DNA from: Acidobacteriota bacterium | Lineage (GTDB): Bacteria; Acidobacteriota; UBA6911; RPQK01; JAJDTT01 | Reading direction: 5' to 3' | Length of the DNA: 64,000 nt | Assembly: GCA_965218775.1 (NCBI GenBank) | Contig: CBDCLS010000004.1 | Coordinates: 1,146,152-1,210,151, forward strand | In this document: positions 49,705 to 59,328 of the stretch, piece by piece | How positions within the stretch are numbered: the first letter of the stretch is position 1 | How the letters are laid out: each line of letters starts with the position of its first letter | The notes under the pieces: generated by a model | What the model saw: only the letters and a program-made list of their open reading frames with translations | What the model was told of the DNA's origin: nothing | Databases searched by the model: none | Program-made: the position numbers and the translations under genes

Positions 49705-50955
49705 ATGCAAAAATACTCCTTTCTCAACCTCGTCCGTAACGCCTTCAGCTACCACGAGAACTGGCAGCGAGCCTGGCGAAGTCCCGAGCCTAAATCCGAA
49801 TACGACGTAGTGATTGTAGGCGGCGGCGGCCATGGTCTGGCCACGGCTTATTACCTGGTCAAGGAACATCAGATCAGCAGCGTAGCCGTCCTCGAGAAGG
49901 GCTTCGTGGGAGGCGGCAACACCGGACGCAACACCGAAATCGTCCGCTCCAACTACCTCTGGGACGAGGCTGCCCACATCTACGAGTTTTCGCTGAAGCT
50001 GTGGGAGGGCCTGACCCAGGAGCTGAACTTCAACCTGATGTTCAGCCAGCGTGGCCTTCTGAGCCTGGGGCACACACTTCAGGATCTGCGGGACATCCAG
50101 CGTCGGGTCAACGCTAATATCCTCAACGGCATCGACAGCGAGTACGTTACCCCGGAGCAAATCAAGGAACTGGTGCCGATCATCGATATCTCCCCCGATG
50201 CCCGTTACCCGATCCTGGGCGCTTCCCTCCAGCGACGGGGCGGAACCGCTCGGCACGACGCCTTGGCCTGGGGATTGGCCCGCGCGGCCGATTCGGTCGG
50301 GGTCGACATCATCCAGAACTGTGAGGTAACGGGTATCCGCCGAAAAGGGGGAGCCGTCAAGGGCGTCGAAACCTCCAGGGGATTCATCAAGGCTGGAAAG
50401 GTAGGCTGCGTCACCGCGGGCAACTCGGGGGTTGTAGCTGCCATGGCAGGTCTGCGCTTGCCGCTTGAGAGCCGCCCGCTGCAGGCCTGTGTATCGGAAC
50501 CCATTAAGCCCGCGCTTAACATGGTGGTGATGTCCAACGCCGTGCACGCCTACATCAGCCAGACCGACCGGGGCGAGCTCCTATGCGGAGCCGGAGTGGA
50601 CTCCTATAACGGCTACGCGCAGCGTGGCAGCCCCTCCACTCTGGAGCACGCCCTGAGCGCAATCGTGGAGATGTTCCCCCAATTCAGCCGGGTCCGCATG
50701 CTGCGGCAGTGGGCCGGGACTGTTGACACCTGTCCGGATGCTTGCCCCATCATCGGCCTGACTCCGGTGAAGGGGCTTTATTTCAACTGCGGTTGGGGTA
50801 CTGGAGGCTACAAATCGACACCCGGTTCGGGCTGGGTCTTCGCCTACACCATCGCTCAGGACCGGCCTCACGAGCTCAACCAGCCCTTTTCGCTGGAGCG
50901 TTTCACAACCGGACACCTTATCGACGAGCACGGGGCCGCCGGCGTCGCGCACTGA
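49705..50955 (+). CDS. soxB: sarcosine oxidase beta subunit
   Basis: [41 protein letters not shown]. Confidence 0.95.
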   Translation: MQKYSFLNLVRNAFSYHENWQRAWRSPEPKSEYDVVIVGGGGHGLATAYYLVKEHQISSVAVLEKGFVGGGNTGRNTEIVRSNYLWDEAAHIYEFSLKLWEGLTQELNFNLMFSQRGLLSLGHTLQDLRDIQRRVNANILNGIDSEYVTPEQIKELVPIIDISPDARYPILGASLQRRGGTARHDALAWGLARAADSVGVDIIQNCEVTGIRRKGGAVKGVETSRGFIKAGKVGCVTAGNSGVVAAMAGLRLPLESRPLQACVSEPIKPALNMVVMSNAVHAYISQTDRGELLCGAGVDSYNGYAQRGSPSTLEHALSAIVEMFPQFSRVRMLRQWAGTVDTCPDACPIIGLTPVKGLYFNCGWGTGGYKSTPGSGWVFAYTIAQDRPHELNQPFSLERFTTGHLIDEHGAAGVAH

Positions 50956-50984
50956 GGGTCTTCGGTGAACCGAGGAGAACCGTA

Positions 50985-51266
50985 TTGTTGCTGATTGAGT
51001 GTCCCTGGTGTGGTCCTCGAGAGGAATCGGAGTTCAGCTACTCCGGCGAGGCCCACATCGTCCGCCCTTTGCAGCCAGAAGAGTTGTCTGACGAAGAGTG
51101 GGGCGATTACTTGTTCTTTCGCAAGAACCTCAGAGGTAGGCATCTAGAGCAGTGGAACCACGCCTCGGGTTGCCGCCGCTACTTCAACGCAGAGCGGGAT
51201 ACCGTGACCAACGGAATCAAGTCGGTCTATAAGCCGGGTGAGTCTCCACCAGGGGACAATTCATGA
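50985..51266 (+). CDS. soxD: sarcosine oxidase delta subunit
   Basis: LLIECPWCGPREESEF, WNHASGCRRYFN. Confidence 0.93.
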   Translation: MLLIECPWCGPREESEFSYSGEAHIVRPLQPEELSDEEWGDYLFFRKNLRGRHLEQWNHASGCRRYFNAERDTVTNGIKSVYKPGESPPGDNS

Positions 51267-54200
51267 GCCAGCCTTATCGGCTCGCCTCGGGTGGCCAGAT
51301 CGAGCGCAGCCGTCCGCTGAGATTTCTTTTCAACGGTAAAGCTCTTAGCGGGTATCACGGCGATACCCTGGCTTCCGCGCTGCTGGCGAACGGCGTCCAT
51401 CTGGTCGCTCGCAGCATGAAGTATCACCGCCCCAGAGGGATTGTTGCGGCAGGTGTTGAGGAACCCAACGCGATTGTCCAGGTTGAAGAAGGAGCCCATA
51501 CCCAGCCCAACCTGGTGGCTACCCAGGTAGAGTTGTATGAAGGGCTGGTTGCCAGCAGCGTCAACGTTTCGCCCAGCGTCGACTTTGATTTGCGCGCCGT
51601 CCATGGGTGGTTCGCTCGGCTCATGCCACCCGGATTTTTCTACAAGACCTTCATGTGGCCGCCGGGGTTCTGGCGACACTACGAGCACCAGATCCGTAAA
51701 GCGGCTGGCTTTGGCGTCATACCCGACGCTCCCGACCCCGACGACTACGACCACATGAATATCCATTGCGATGTTCTCGTGATAGGAGCGGGACCCGCCG
51801 GTCTGGCTGCGGCAGTGGAAGCAGGACGGAGCGAGGCCCGGGTGATCCTGCTGGACGAACGTTCGGATCTGGGAGGGAGTCTGCTGGGTAGCCGTACCCA
51901 GATCAACCAGGCGCCGGCGTCAGAATGGGCAGCAGCGACGGCTGCCGAGCTCGCCAGTATGCCCGAGGTCCGAGTCCTGACCCGAACCACCGCCGTCGGA
52001 TACTACGAGCACAATTTCCTGCTGGCATTGGAGCGTTGTGCCGACCATCTACCGCCGGGGCAGAGTCAGGGACCGCGCCAGAGACTGTGGCGTATTCGTG
52101 CCCGACAGGTAGTGCTGGCGACAGGTGCCATCGAGCGGCCGCTGGTCTTCTCCAACAACGATCGGCCTGGCATCATGCTGGCTTCCGGAGTTTCAGAGTA
52201 TATCAACCGGTATTCCGTACTCCCTGGCTCTCGCGCCGTGGTGTTTACAAACAACGACAGCGCCTATCAGACCGCTTACGATCTCTTGGACGCCGGAGCC
52301 TCGGTAGAGGTGATCGTCGACGCCCGTCCGCCCAGCGCGTGCACTGCCCGTGCTCAAGAGCGTGGCCTCGACGTGATCAACCAGCAAGTCGTCTTCAACA
52401 CCAGGGGCAAGAAGAGGATTCGAGGAGTCCAGCTCAAATCCCTGAGCGAGGATGGTAGGACTCTCAGCGGCCCACCTTGCACCGTGGACTGCGACCTTTT
52501 GGCAATCTCGGGTGGCTGGAGTCCCACCGTGCAGCTTCACGCTCAGGCGCGTGGAAAACCGCGTTACGATGTCGAGAAAGCGTGCTTCGTTCCCTCAGAG
52601 CCGGTCCAAGCCGAACGATCGGTTGGCGCAGCCAGAGGGAGCTTTGACCTGAGCGTCTGTCTGGTCGAAGGGTTGGAGGGAGGCGCTGCTGCGGCCCAGG
52701 CGGCCGGCTATGGAGAAGGTGCGCCTTCGCAGTCGCCACCAGCCGTTGATCCGGTAGCTGGCGATCCCATACGGCCCCTCTGGGTGGTTCCCTCATCTAA
52801 GCCCATTTCTCGGGCTCCAAAGCAGTTCCTGGATTCCCAGATGGACGTCACATCCGCCGACATTCTGGTGGCAGCGCGAGAGGGGTATGATTCGATCGAA
52901 TACGTCAAGCGCTATACCACCCTGGGCATGGGTCCAGACCAGGGAAAGCTGGGAAACGTCAATGGTATTGCCCTCTTGGCGGAGCACCTCGGCACAGACC
53001 TCGGCTCGATCGGCACCACAACCTTTCGGCCGATGTATACTCCAGTCACCTGCGGAGCCATGTCGGGTGGGGAGCAGCGTGATCTCTTCGATCCAATCCG
53101 TAAGACCTCCATTCACGAGTGGCACGTCCAGCGCGGTGCCCTCTTCGAAAACGTGGGACAGTGGAAGCGGCCCTGGTACTTTCCCCGGTCAGGCGAGTCC
53201 CTGGAAGAGGCCGTCAACCGAGAGTGCCTGGCGGTTCGCAGAAGTGCCGGTGTTCTCGATGCCTCGACTCTAGGAAAGATCGACATCCAGGGACCCGATG
53301 CCAACCTTTTCCTGAATCGGGTCTACACGAATCCCTTCTTGAAGGTCCCGGTGGGCCGGTGTCGCTATGGCTTGATGCTCGACGAGAACGGAATGGTCAT
53401 CGACGACGGAGTGACCGCACGGTTAGGCGAGAACCACTATCTGATGCACACTACCACGGGCGGCGCGGCCCACATCATGTCGTGGTTGGAACTCTGGCTG
53501 CAGACGGAATGGCCGCAGCTGAAGGTCTATATGACCTCGGTGACCGACCACTGGGCGACGGTTTCTGTCTGCGGACCCAGCAGCCGTCAAATTTTGGAGG
53601 AGCTGTGCGACGATATCGACTTCAGTGGCGAAGTCTTCCCCTTCATGGCCGCCCGCGGAGGGACGGTTGACGGTGTCCCTGCCCGGATCTTCAGAATCAG
53701 CTTCACGGGTGAGCTGACCTACGAAATCAATGTCAACGCCAATTGGGGGCGTCAGGTTTGGGAAGCCGTAATGGCCGCCGGCGAGAAGTCCGAGATCACC
53801 CCCTTTGGCACTGAGGCCATGCATATCCTTCGGGCTGAGAAGGGATACATCATCGTGGGGCAGGATACGGACGGCTCCGTGACGCCCGTCGACCTGGGGT
53901 TGGACCACATGGTCGGCAAGAACAAAGATTTTCTGGGCAAGCGTTCCCTCTTTCGTTCCTACCTGGTACGCGACGACCGCAAGCAGTTGGTTGGACTCCT
54001 GACCGAGGAACCTCAGGAGGTGTTGCCCGAAGGCGGGCAGATCGTGGACGATCCCTCGGCACCACTGCCGAGGCCCATGCTGGGCCACGTGACCTCGTCT
54101 TACTACAGTGCCGCCCTGGGGCATTCCATCGCACTGGCGCTGGTCAAAGGGGGGCATTCGCGAATGGGCGAAATTGTTCGTGTCCAGAACTTCGACGGTA

Positions 54201-54268
54201 AGACCCTCGCCGCCAAGATCAGTAGCCCAGTTTTCTATGATCCCGAGGGAGAGCGCCAGAATGTCTGA
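51263..54268 (+). CDS. soxA: sarcosine oxidase alpha subunit
   Basis: DTLASALLANG, KYHRPRG, KRYTTLGMG, GcvT-like C-terminus. Confidence 0.95.
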   Translation: MSQPYRLASGGQIERSRPLRFLFNGKALSGYHGDTLASALLANGVHLVARSMKYHRPRGIVAAGVEEPNAIVQVEEGAHTQPNLVATQVELYEGLVASSVNVSPSVDFDLRAVHGWFARLMPPGFFYKTFMWPPGFWRHYEHQIRKAAGFGVIPDAPDPDDYDHMNIHCDVLVIGAGPAGLAAAVEAGRSEARVILLDERSDLGGSLLGSRTQINQAPASEWAAATAAELASMPEVRVLTRTTAVGYYEHNFLLALERCADHLPPGQSQGPRQRLWRIRARQVVLATGAIERPLVFSNNDRPGIMLASGVSEYINRYSVLPGSRAVVFTNNDSAYQTAYDLLDAGASVEVIVDARPPSACTARAQERGLDVINQQVVFNTRGKKRIRGVQLKSLSEDGRTLSGPPCTVDCDLLAISGGWSPTVQLHAQARGKPRYDVEKACFVPSEPVQAERSVGAARGSFDLSVCLVEGLEGGAAAAQAAGYGEGAPSQSPPAVDPVAGDPIRPLWVVPSSKPISRAPKQFLDSQMDVTSADILVAAREGYDSIEYVKRYTTLGMGPDQGKLGNVNGIALLAEHLGTDLGSIGTTTFRPMYTPVTCGAMSGGEQRDLFDPIRKTSIHEWHVQRGALFENVGQWKRPWYFPRSGESLEEAVNRECLAVRRSAGVLDASTLGKIDIQGPDANLFLNRVYTNPFLKVPVGRCRYGLMLDENGMVIDDGVTARLGENHYLMHTTTGGAAHIMSWLELWLQTEWPQLKVYMTSVTDHWATVSVCGPSSRQILEELCDDIDFSGEVFPFMAARGGTVDGVPARIFRISFTGELTYEINVNANWGRQVWEAVMAAGEKSEITPFGTEAMHILRAEKGYIIVGQDTDGSVTPVDLGLDHMVGKNKDFLGKRSLFRSYLVRDDRKQLVGLLTEEPQEVLPEGGQIVDDPSAPLPRPMLGHVTSSYYSAALGHSIALALVKGGHSRMGEIVRVQNFDGKTLAAKISSPVFYDPEGERQNV

Positions 54269-54881
54269 GGTCAGACGAGAGTCTCCGCTGACGGGGTTCT
54301 TCTCCACGGGACGAGAAGCAGGGGCTGGCAGTCCCGGTGTGACGGTCATCGAGTGTCCGTTCCTTGGCTACGTAAACCTGCGAGGCGATCTGAACGATGC
54401 TTCGTTTATGGACGCAGTCAACAGGGTGCTCGGAGTCGCCCTTCCTTCCAGCCCCAATTCCCTGGTTGAAACCGATGATCTTACCGTTTGTTGGTTGGGA
54501 CCCGACGAATGGTTGGCGATCGTCCGTCCCGACAGTGAGACCGAGATCATCACGGCTTTGCGAGAATCGGTGGCCGCCCTCCACGCCGCCGTCACCGATA
54601 CTACCGGTGGCTACACGATGCTCAACCTATCCGGTAGTCGTGCCCGTGACCTGCTGGCCAAGGGGTGTCCCCTAGACCTTCACCCCAGGGCTTTCGCCCC
54701 TGGGCAGTGCGCCCAGACCAACCTGGCCAAGACTGCGATCCTGCTTATTCCGCGCTCCAACAACTCTGATCCGCAATCCTTCGATGTAGTCGTTCGACGT
54801 AGCTTTGTCGACTATCTGGCCCACTGGTTCGAGCACTCGGCTAGTGAATACGGGTGTGTGATCGGCGGCGGCGACGCCTGA
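54261..54881 (+). CDS. soxG: sarcosine oxidase gamma subunit
   Basis: WLGPDEWL, KGCPLDLHP, VRRSF. Confidence 0.93.
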   Translation: MSEVRRESPLTGFFSTGREAGAGSPGVTVIECPFLGYVNLRGDLNDASFMDAVNRVLGVALPSSPNSLVETDDLTVCWLGPDEWLAIVRPDSETEIITALRESVAALHAAVTDTTGGYTMLNLSGSRARDLLAKGCPLDLHPRAFAPGQCAQTNLAKTAILLIPRSNNSDPQSFDVVVRRSFVDYLAHWFEHSASEYGCVIGGGDA

Positions 54882-55049
54882 GTGACCGCGCGTCTTTCTG
54901 GTGGACGACGGGCGGCATGTTGCCCCGCTCTACCAGTTCGCTCCCCCACTGACGCCGAAGGACTTCGTAACCACCGTCGATCAGCTGGTGGAGAGCGGCA
55001 TCGACACTTCGAATCTGATCCGGTCGACTACTGACTCCGGCACGCGGGA

Positions 55050-56591
55050 TCAAGGGATGGGCCGATTCCAGACTCGAGCCTCTTCGCCGTCGGGTAGCCG
55101 CCAGCTGGCGACGACGGGCCAGCCTTCTGAAGTCAACTTGTCGTAGATATCCTGGTTGAATGAAGTGAGGTAGGAAATCCCCTGAAATCCCGTTTTCCCA
55201 ACAATTACGTCCACTGAGCCAATCCCATCGGCCGAGTTCGGCGTTTGCCCCAGGCGTATCACCTCGAGGTCCTGGCCCTGACGGAGCGCAATCAGCTTCA
55301 GCGCAGAAGGGTGGAAGTGGGCCAGATCCGGTACGAATCCGACCTTGGCCCCAGGGGCAATGGATCTCAGAAGCTCGGTATAACGCCAGTTCTCCTGCGC
55401 CGGTGGCCCCGCCACGTCGTAGTAGTTTGATGTATAGAGCACCCACTCCTGTCTGAGGCTGCGATAATCGGTGTCGTCTCCGACTTCAAAAAGTGCAATC
55501 TTCCCAGGAACCAAGGGGAAGGAGAAGGAGAGTGTCAGGAACTGGACAAGAGCGAGGACGAGAATGGCCGGTGCGGCGCGGGAGGATCCCCAGGCGTATA
55601 TCAGCAGCAACGCTGCCAAGCAGGCCAGGGGCATGGCGTAGCAAGGATCCTTGGGCGGCAGAAGGGTAAGCAGGAGCAATCCGCCTGCGAAGCCCACCCA
55701 TATGAGTTGCAGCGCCGCAGGAAGTTGGCGCCTTCGAGCCCACAGTCTGGCAAGGGCCCACACAAAGAGTAGTGTCAAAGGAAGAAACAGATAGTAGCTG
55801 GCGAGGACCCGGGGGTAGTAGATCCAACCCAGGAGGCTGTCGATTCCGGGATCCTGTTCCCAGACGGCCGCCTCGGAGGTCGTCTGAAAACGCAGCGACA
55901 GCGTCTTCAGATTGGGCAGATACCACCACAAGACCAGCGGAGCCGAAAGGATCCCGGCATCTAGCAAGTTCAGAACTGAGCGCTTCCTATCCTCCGACTT
56001 GAGCAAGCAGTACACGACTGGAAACAGAAGAAACAACACAAACGTCCACTTGGTCAGCATCCCAGCGGCAGCGACAAGTCCGAGGAGCAAGCTGAGACTT
56101 CTCTTCAGGAGGAGATCGCTTCTGACCAGAAGATAGAGTGCTGCCAACACCCAGCCGCAGAGAGAGACATCGAGCAGGGAAACGCGACTCGTCCAAGCCA
56201 CCAGGGGTAGGAGCAAAGGCAGCAGCCCGGCCCACACGGCCGTCCGGGCAGGAAGCAGGCACTGGATGGCGAGGGCCCTGCTGCAGAATGCCAACAACAA
56301 GAGACCCGGGAGGTTCGCCAACAGCGGTAGTAACTTGGGTCCAGTCCAGAAGCGCAGTACCAGGGCCTCTTGCAAATAGTAGAGCGGAGGATAGTAACTG
56401 CTAAGACCAGAGAATCCCTCGAGCACACCACCGTCCTGGAATAGCCTCAGGTATTCCCACCCCTTGATCTGATGGTGTGCCATATCCCAGACCGGTGGAC
56501 GGTTGTCCAGGAACGTCCAGACGACATGGATGGCCAGCACTGATCCTAGCGACGCCAACCAGAGGAATCGATCGGAAATGACAACGCGCAT
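55050..56591 (-). CDS. GT-C fold membrane glycosyltransferase (ArnT/PMT-like)
   Basis: PPVWDMAHH, YYPPLYY, GMLTKW; multiple TM helices. Confidence 0.85.
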   Translation of the reverse strand: MRVVISDRFLWLASLGSVLAIHVVWTFLDNRPPVWDMAHHQIKGWEYLRLFQDGGVLEGFSGLSSYYPPLYYLQEALVLRFWTGPKLLPLLANLPGLLLLAFCSRALAIQCLLPARTAVWAGLLPLLLPLVAWTSRVSLLDVSLCGWVLAALYLLVRSDLLLKRSLSLLLGLVAAAGMLTKWTFVLFLLFPVVYCLLKSEDRKRSVLNLLDAGILSAPLVLWWYLPNLKTLSLRFQTTSEAAVWEQDPGIDSLLGWIYYPRVLASYYLFLPLTLLFVWALARLWARRRQLPAALQLIWVGFAGGLLLLTLLPPKDPCYAMPLACLAALLLIYAWGSSRAAPAILVLALVQFLTLSFSFPLVPGKIALFEVGDDTDYRSLRQEWVLYTSNYYDVAGPPAQENWRYTELLRSIAPGAKVGFVPDLAHFHPSALKLIALRQGQDLEVIRLGQTPNSADGIGSVDVIVGKTGFQGISYLTSFNQDIYDKLTSEGWPVVASWRLPDGEEARVWNRPIP

Positions 56592-56623
56592 GATTCACCG
56601 AGCTTCCAGGTTCGAGATGGGGC

Positions 56624-56702
56624 GTAGCGGTGGCCTCCGATCCGCCGTGAGTCGAGCCAAAGGCTCGAAAGAAGAATACTTCGGCCTGGACGCCAAAGCT
56701 AC
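56624..56702. repeat. GTAG REPIN
   Basis: GTAGCGGTGGCCTCC...GAGCCAAAGGCTC...CCAAAGCTAC. Confidence 0.8.
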
Positions 56703-56733
56703 GTCCGACCAAGTGATCACTATCGGGCTGTCC

Positions 56734-58422
56734 CTACCAGTGGGTTTCCGGTTCTGGGATCGGTCCCGTATAGGTCTTCTTCACCCGGAAGATGTTGAAC
56801 CATTCCCAGGGCTCTCCACTGCTTGGACCAAAGGGCAGGATCCCCCATCCCGTACTGTAGAACCCGGCATGGGAAGTAAAATCCAGGATCCTGATGGGAC
56901 TGTCCACTTGTGCCTTTCGCTGCTCAAGCAAGTCGAGGTATTCATCCGAGTCGAATAGTGTGACCCAGGGGGTTGCCATGTATGGCTTCACGATGAGGTC
57001 ACCGACCTTGGGCTCGTTACCTATTCGGCGCAAGATCCTGGCTCCGTTGGTGTCCATGTAGTAGCGAAACCCCCATTCCCCGGTGTACCAGATGGTTCGC
57101 CCCTCCTCGGCGTACTGACTGGCGATGTCCCGGGATGTCTGCCGATAGACGTTGGCAAACTGATAGTCGGCGTGGGCGATCGTCACGGAATAGACTGCCG
57201 TCAGACCGACACTCAACCAGAGTAGATTCCTCAACAGATACTGGCTTTGTAAGCGGCGCTCCAGATGGGCAATCCAGAGGAGGATAGTGGGAGGCAGAGC
57301 CAGGGCGGCGTAGCGCACCGACCCGGAGTAGTAGAGGACCAGGCAGATTGCGAGCGCTCCCCAGAACCAGAGGCTCAAGAGGACCCAGGAGGCCCGGTTC
57401 TCCGATGAAAGAGGATGGACGGTCTCTCGTACAAACGCCCAGACCACGGATAGCCCAGAGGCGAACAGGACAGAAAAAAGACAGATGTGGGTCCAGCTCC
57501 AGTCTTCCCACCACAGGTAGAACGGGACGAAGCACAAGAGGAAGACCCAGATGAAGACGCGCAGACTGATGCGTCCGGCGAACGCCCACCACAGTGCCAG
57601 GGGAAAGAGAAAGGTCCCTCCCAGGTTCAGGACGAAGCTCAGGATCCTTTGAGCCAGTCCCTCCCAGGAGAAAGCGGCCCGCTTGGCCATGTGGAGTGCC
57701 GTGCTAGCCAGGACGAACCGGTCGTAGTGAAGGTAGGCTCTAAAGTACCAGAGGATCCAGACCAGGAGTGGGAGCGCGAGGATCAAGGCCCAATACCAGG
57801 AGATTCGCGAGGAATTCCGATCCAACAACAAATGAGCTCCCATCAGCAGGATCAAACCGACGGTCAGAAGCGAGATGAAGCTGGCCGCTACCAGGGACAG
57901 GGCACACACGAGCCAGTCCCAGCGATTGGCACTTCCGTCCCGAATGCGCAGGAAACGGGACAGAGCCAGTATCCAGAACGTCCAGAAGGGGACGTCCGAC
58001 ATCAGCGTGTGACTCAACATCAGGAATGCGGGTGCCAGCAGCAGTAGACATGCCGCCGCCAAGGGAAATCGGGTGTAGCGGCGTGCGAGGTCGTAGAATC
58101 CGAATCCCGCCAGGATCGGGAAGATCAGAAAACTCAAGTGGTAGATCCACTCACTCTGGCTTCCCGTCACCGCCATGATCAGTGCCAGATAGTAGCTGGT
58201 CAGAGGAAGGTGGCTGTGACTAGCGGCGTCCGATGCCCCCATCCCCTCGAACACCGGCAAGTAGTCATAGGGAAAGAACGGCTTGCGGAGAGCGTTCTCA
58301 GCGACCTCCAGGTAGATCCGGTCATCGATGTGAAAGGCCTGAGAGAGAAAGGGAAGATGCGTCACCCCGACCAGCAGGATCAGGATCGCAGAAGGTGGAA
58401 ATCTAGACAGCAAGGTGAGCAC
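56734..58422 (-). CDS. GT-C fold membrane glycosyltransferase (ArnT/PMT-like)
   Basis: FHIDDRIY, SHLPL, MSDVP; multiple TM helices. Confidence 0.85.
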   Translation of the reverse strand: MLTLLSRFPPSAILILLVGVTHLPFLSQAFHIDDRIYLEVAENALRKPFFPYDYLPVFEGMGASDAASHSHLPLTSYYLALIMAVTGSQSEWIYHLSFLIFPILAGFGFYDLARRYTRFPLAAACLLLLAPAFLMLSHTLMSDVPFWTFWILALSRFLRIRDGSANRWDWLVCALSLVAASFISLLTVGLILLMGAHLLLDRNSSRISWYWALILALPLLVWILWYFRAYLHYDRFVLASTALHMAKRAAFSWEGLAQRILSFVLNLGGTFLFPLALWWAFAGRISLRVFIWVFLLCFVPFYLWWEDWSWTHICLFSVLFASGLSVVWAFVRETVHPLSSENRASWVLLSLWFWGALAICLVLYYSGSVRYAALALPPTILLWIAHLERRLQSQYLLRNLLWLSVGLTAVYSVTIAHADYQFANVYRQTSRDIASQYAEEGRTIWYTGEWGFRYYMDTNGARILRRIGNEPKVGDLIVKPYMATPWVTLFDSDEYLDLLEQRKAQVDSPIRILDFTSHAGFYSTGWGILPFGPSSGEPWEWFNIFRVKKTYTGPIPEPETHW

Positions 58423-58593
58423 AAGCTTCTATTCTCATGGTTCAGGTTCCCTTTGTCGATGTATTGCCCTGCGACCCCTGCGACCCACCCCTTCGCTCCA
58501 GTTCAGGCTGGTTGAGATCTCACGAATCTACACTTGCGAACTGTAGCTGGTGGGAGGTAGCCGTTATCAGTGGCCGGCTTGCAGCGGCCGACC

Positions 58594-59007
58594 TCAACTC
58601 CGATTGGTTCGTCCAAAGTCTTCGAGCGCAACCGCGACGGCAGGGAAAGCTGTCTGTATTCTTTTATCCAGCGTAACCAAGGGAACTTGCAGACTCTGGG
58701 CGAGGGCCACGAACTCGCAGTCGTACGCACTGCAGTTACTCTCGTCGGCCAGGCGCAGCACATCCAGGCTGGGGACCTCGAACTCGTGATCCCTGAGCTG
58801 CGCTTCGGCTGCCTCCATCACCCGAAGCGCAGCTTGCAGTTTCAGATGTCGCAGCCTGACCTGAATTGCGAGGACATTGCCGAACTCACTGCGCCAAAGA
58901 ATGGGTGCCACCCACTCGGAGTCCTTCCGTAGGGCATCTTCGGCCTGTTTCGAGCGCTCTGTCTCGAGGTAGAGAGAAGCGATGATGTTGGTGTCGACTG
59001 CAATCAC
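58594..59007 (-). CDS. vapC: PIN-domain VapC toxin
   Basis: IAVDTN, SAYDCEFVALA, LVTLD. Confidence 0.92.
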   Translation of the reverse strand: MIAVDTNIIASLYLETERSKQAEDALRKDSEWVAPILWRSEFGNVLAIQVRLRHLKLQAALRVMEAAEAQLRDHEFEVPSLDVLRLADESNCSAYDCEFVALAQSLQVPLVTLDKRIQTAFPAVAVALEDFGRTNRS

Positions 59008-59246
59008 CGTCTTCCCGCAACCTTTGCTTCTATCAGTTCCTTAACACTGAGAAGTGTGCCAGCAGACAACCGTCGCAGCTGTCGAGCCCTCTGCAGTATC
59101 TCCTCCTCAGAGACCCTGGTGCCACTCAGTGCTCTTTCGATGCAAACGATGATCTCGCTATTGATACTACGCCTGTGCAGCGTGGCAGCTTCCTTGAGCC
59201 GTTCGTACAATTCGTCGGGAATCTTCTTCAGGGTGATCGTAGCCAT
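59004..59246 (-). CDS. Arc/FitA-like ribbon-helix-helix antitoxin
   Basis: MATITLKKIPDELYERLK...RRSINSEII. Confidence 0.9.
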   Translation of the reverse strand: MATITLKKIPDELYERLKEAATLHRRSINSEIIVCIERALSGTRVSEEEILQRARQLRRLSAGTLLSVKELIEAKVAGRR

Positions 59247-59328
59247 ATCGGTTCCAGAATGGAACCATTCTATTGAATGCTGGTTCGACTTGTCCAGCGT
59301 GGGGCTTCCCGCAATCCCTATCAGGATC

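Noticed and set aside
54882-55146. 81-aa ORF after soxG
   Set aside because: Overlaps the convergent GT-C 3' end, has no clear RBS and no recognisable family; at most a fragment.
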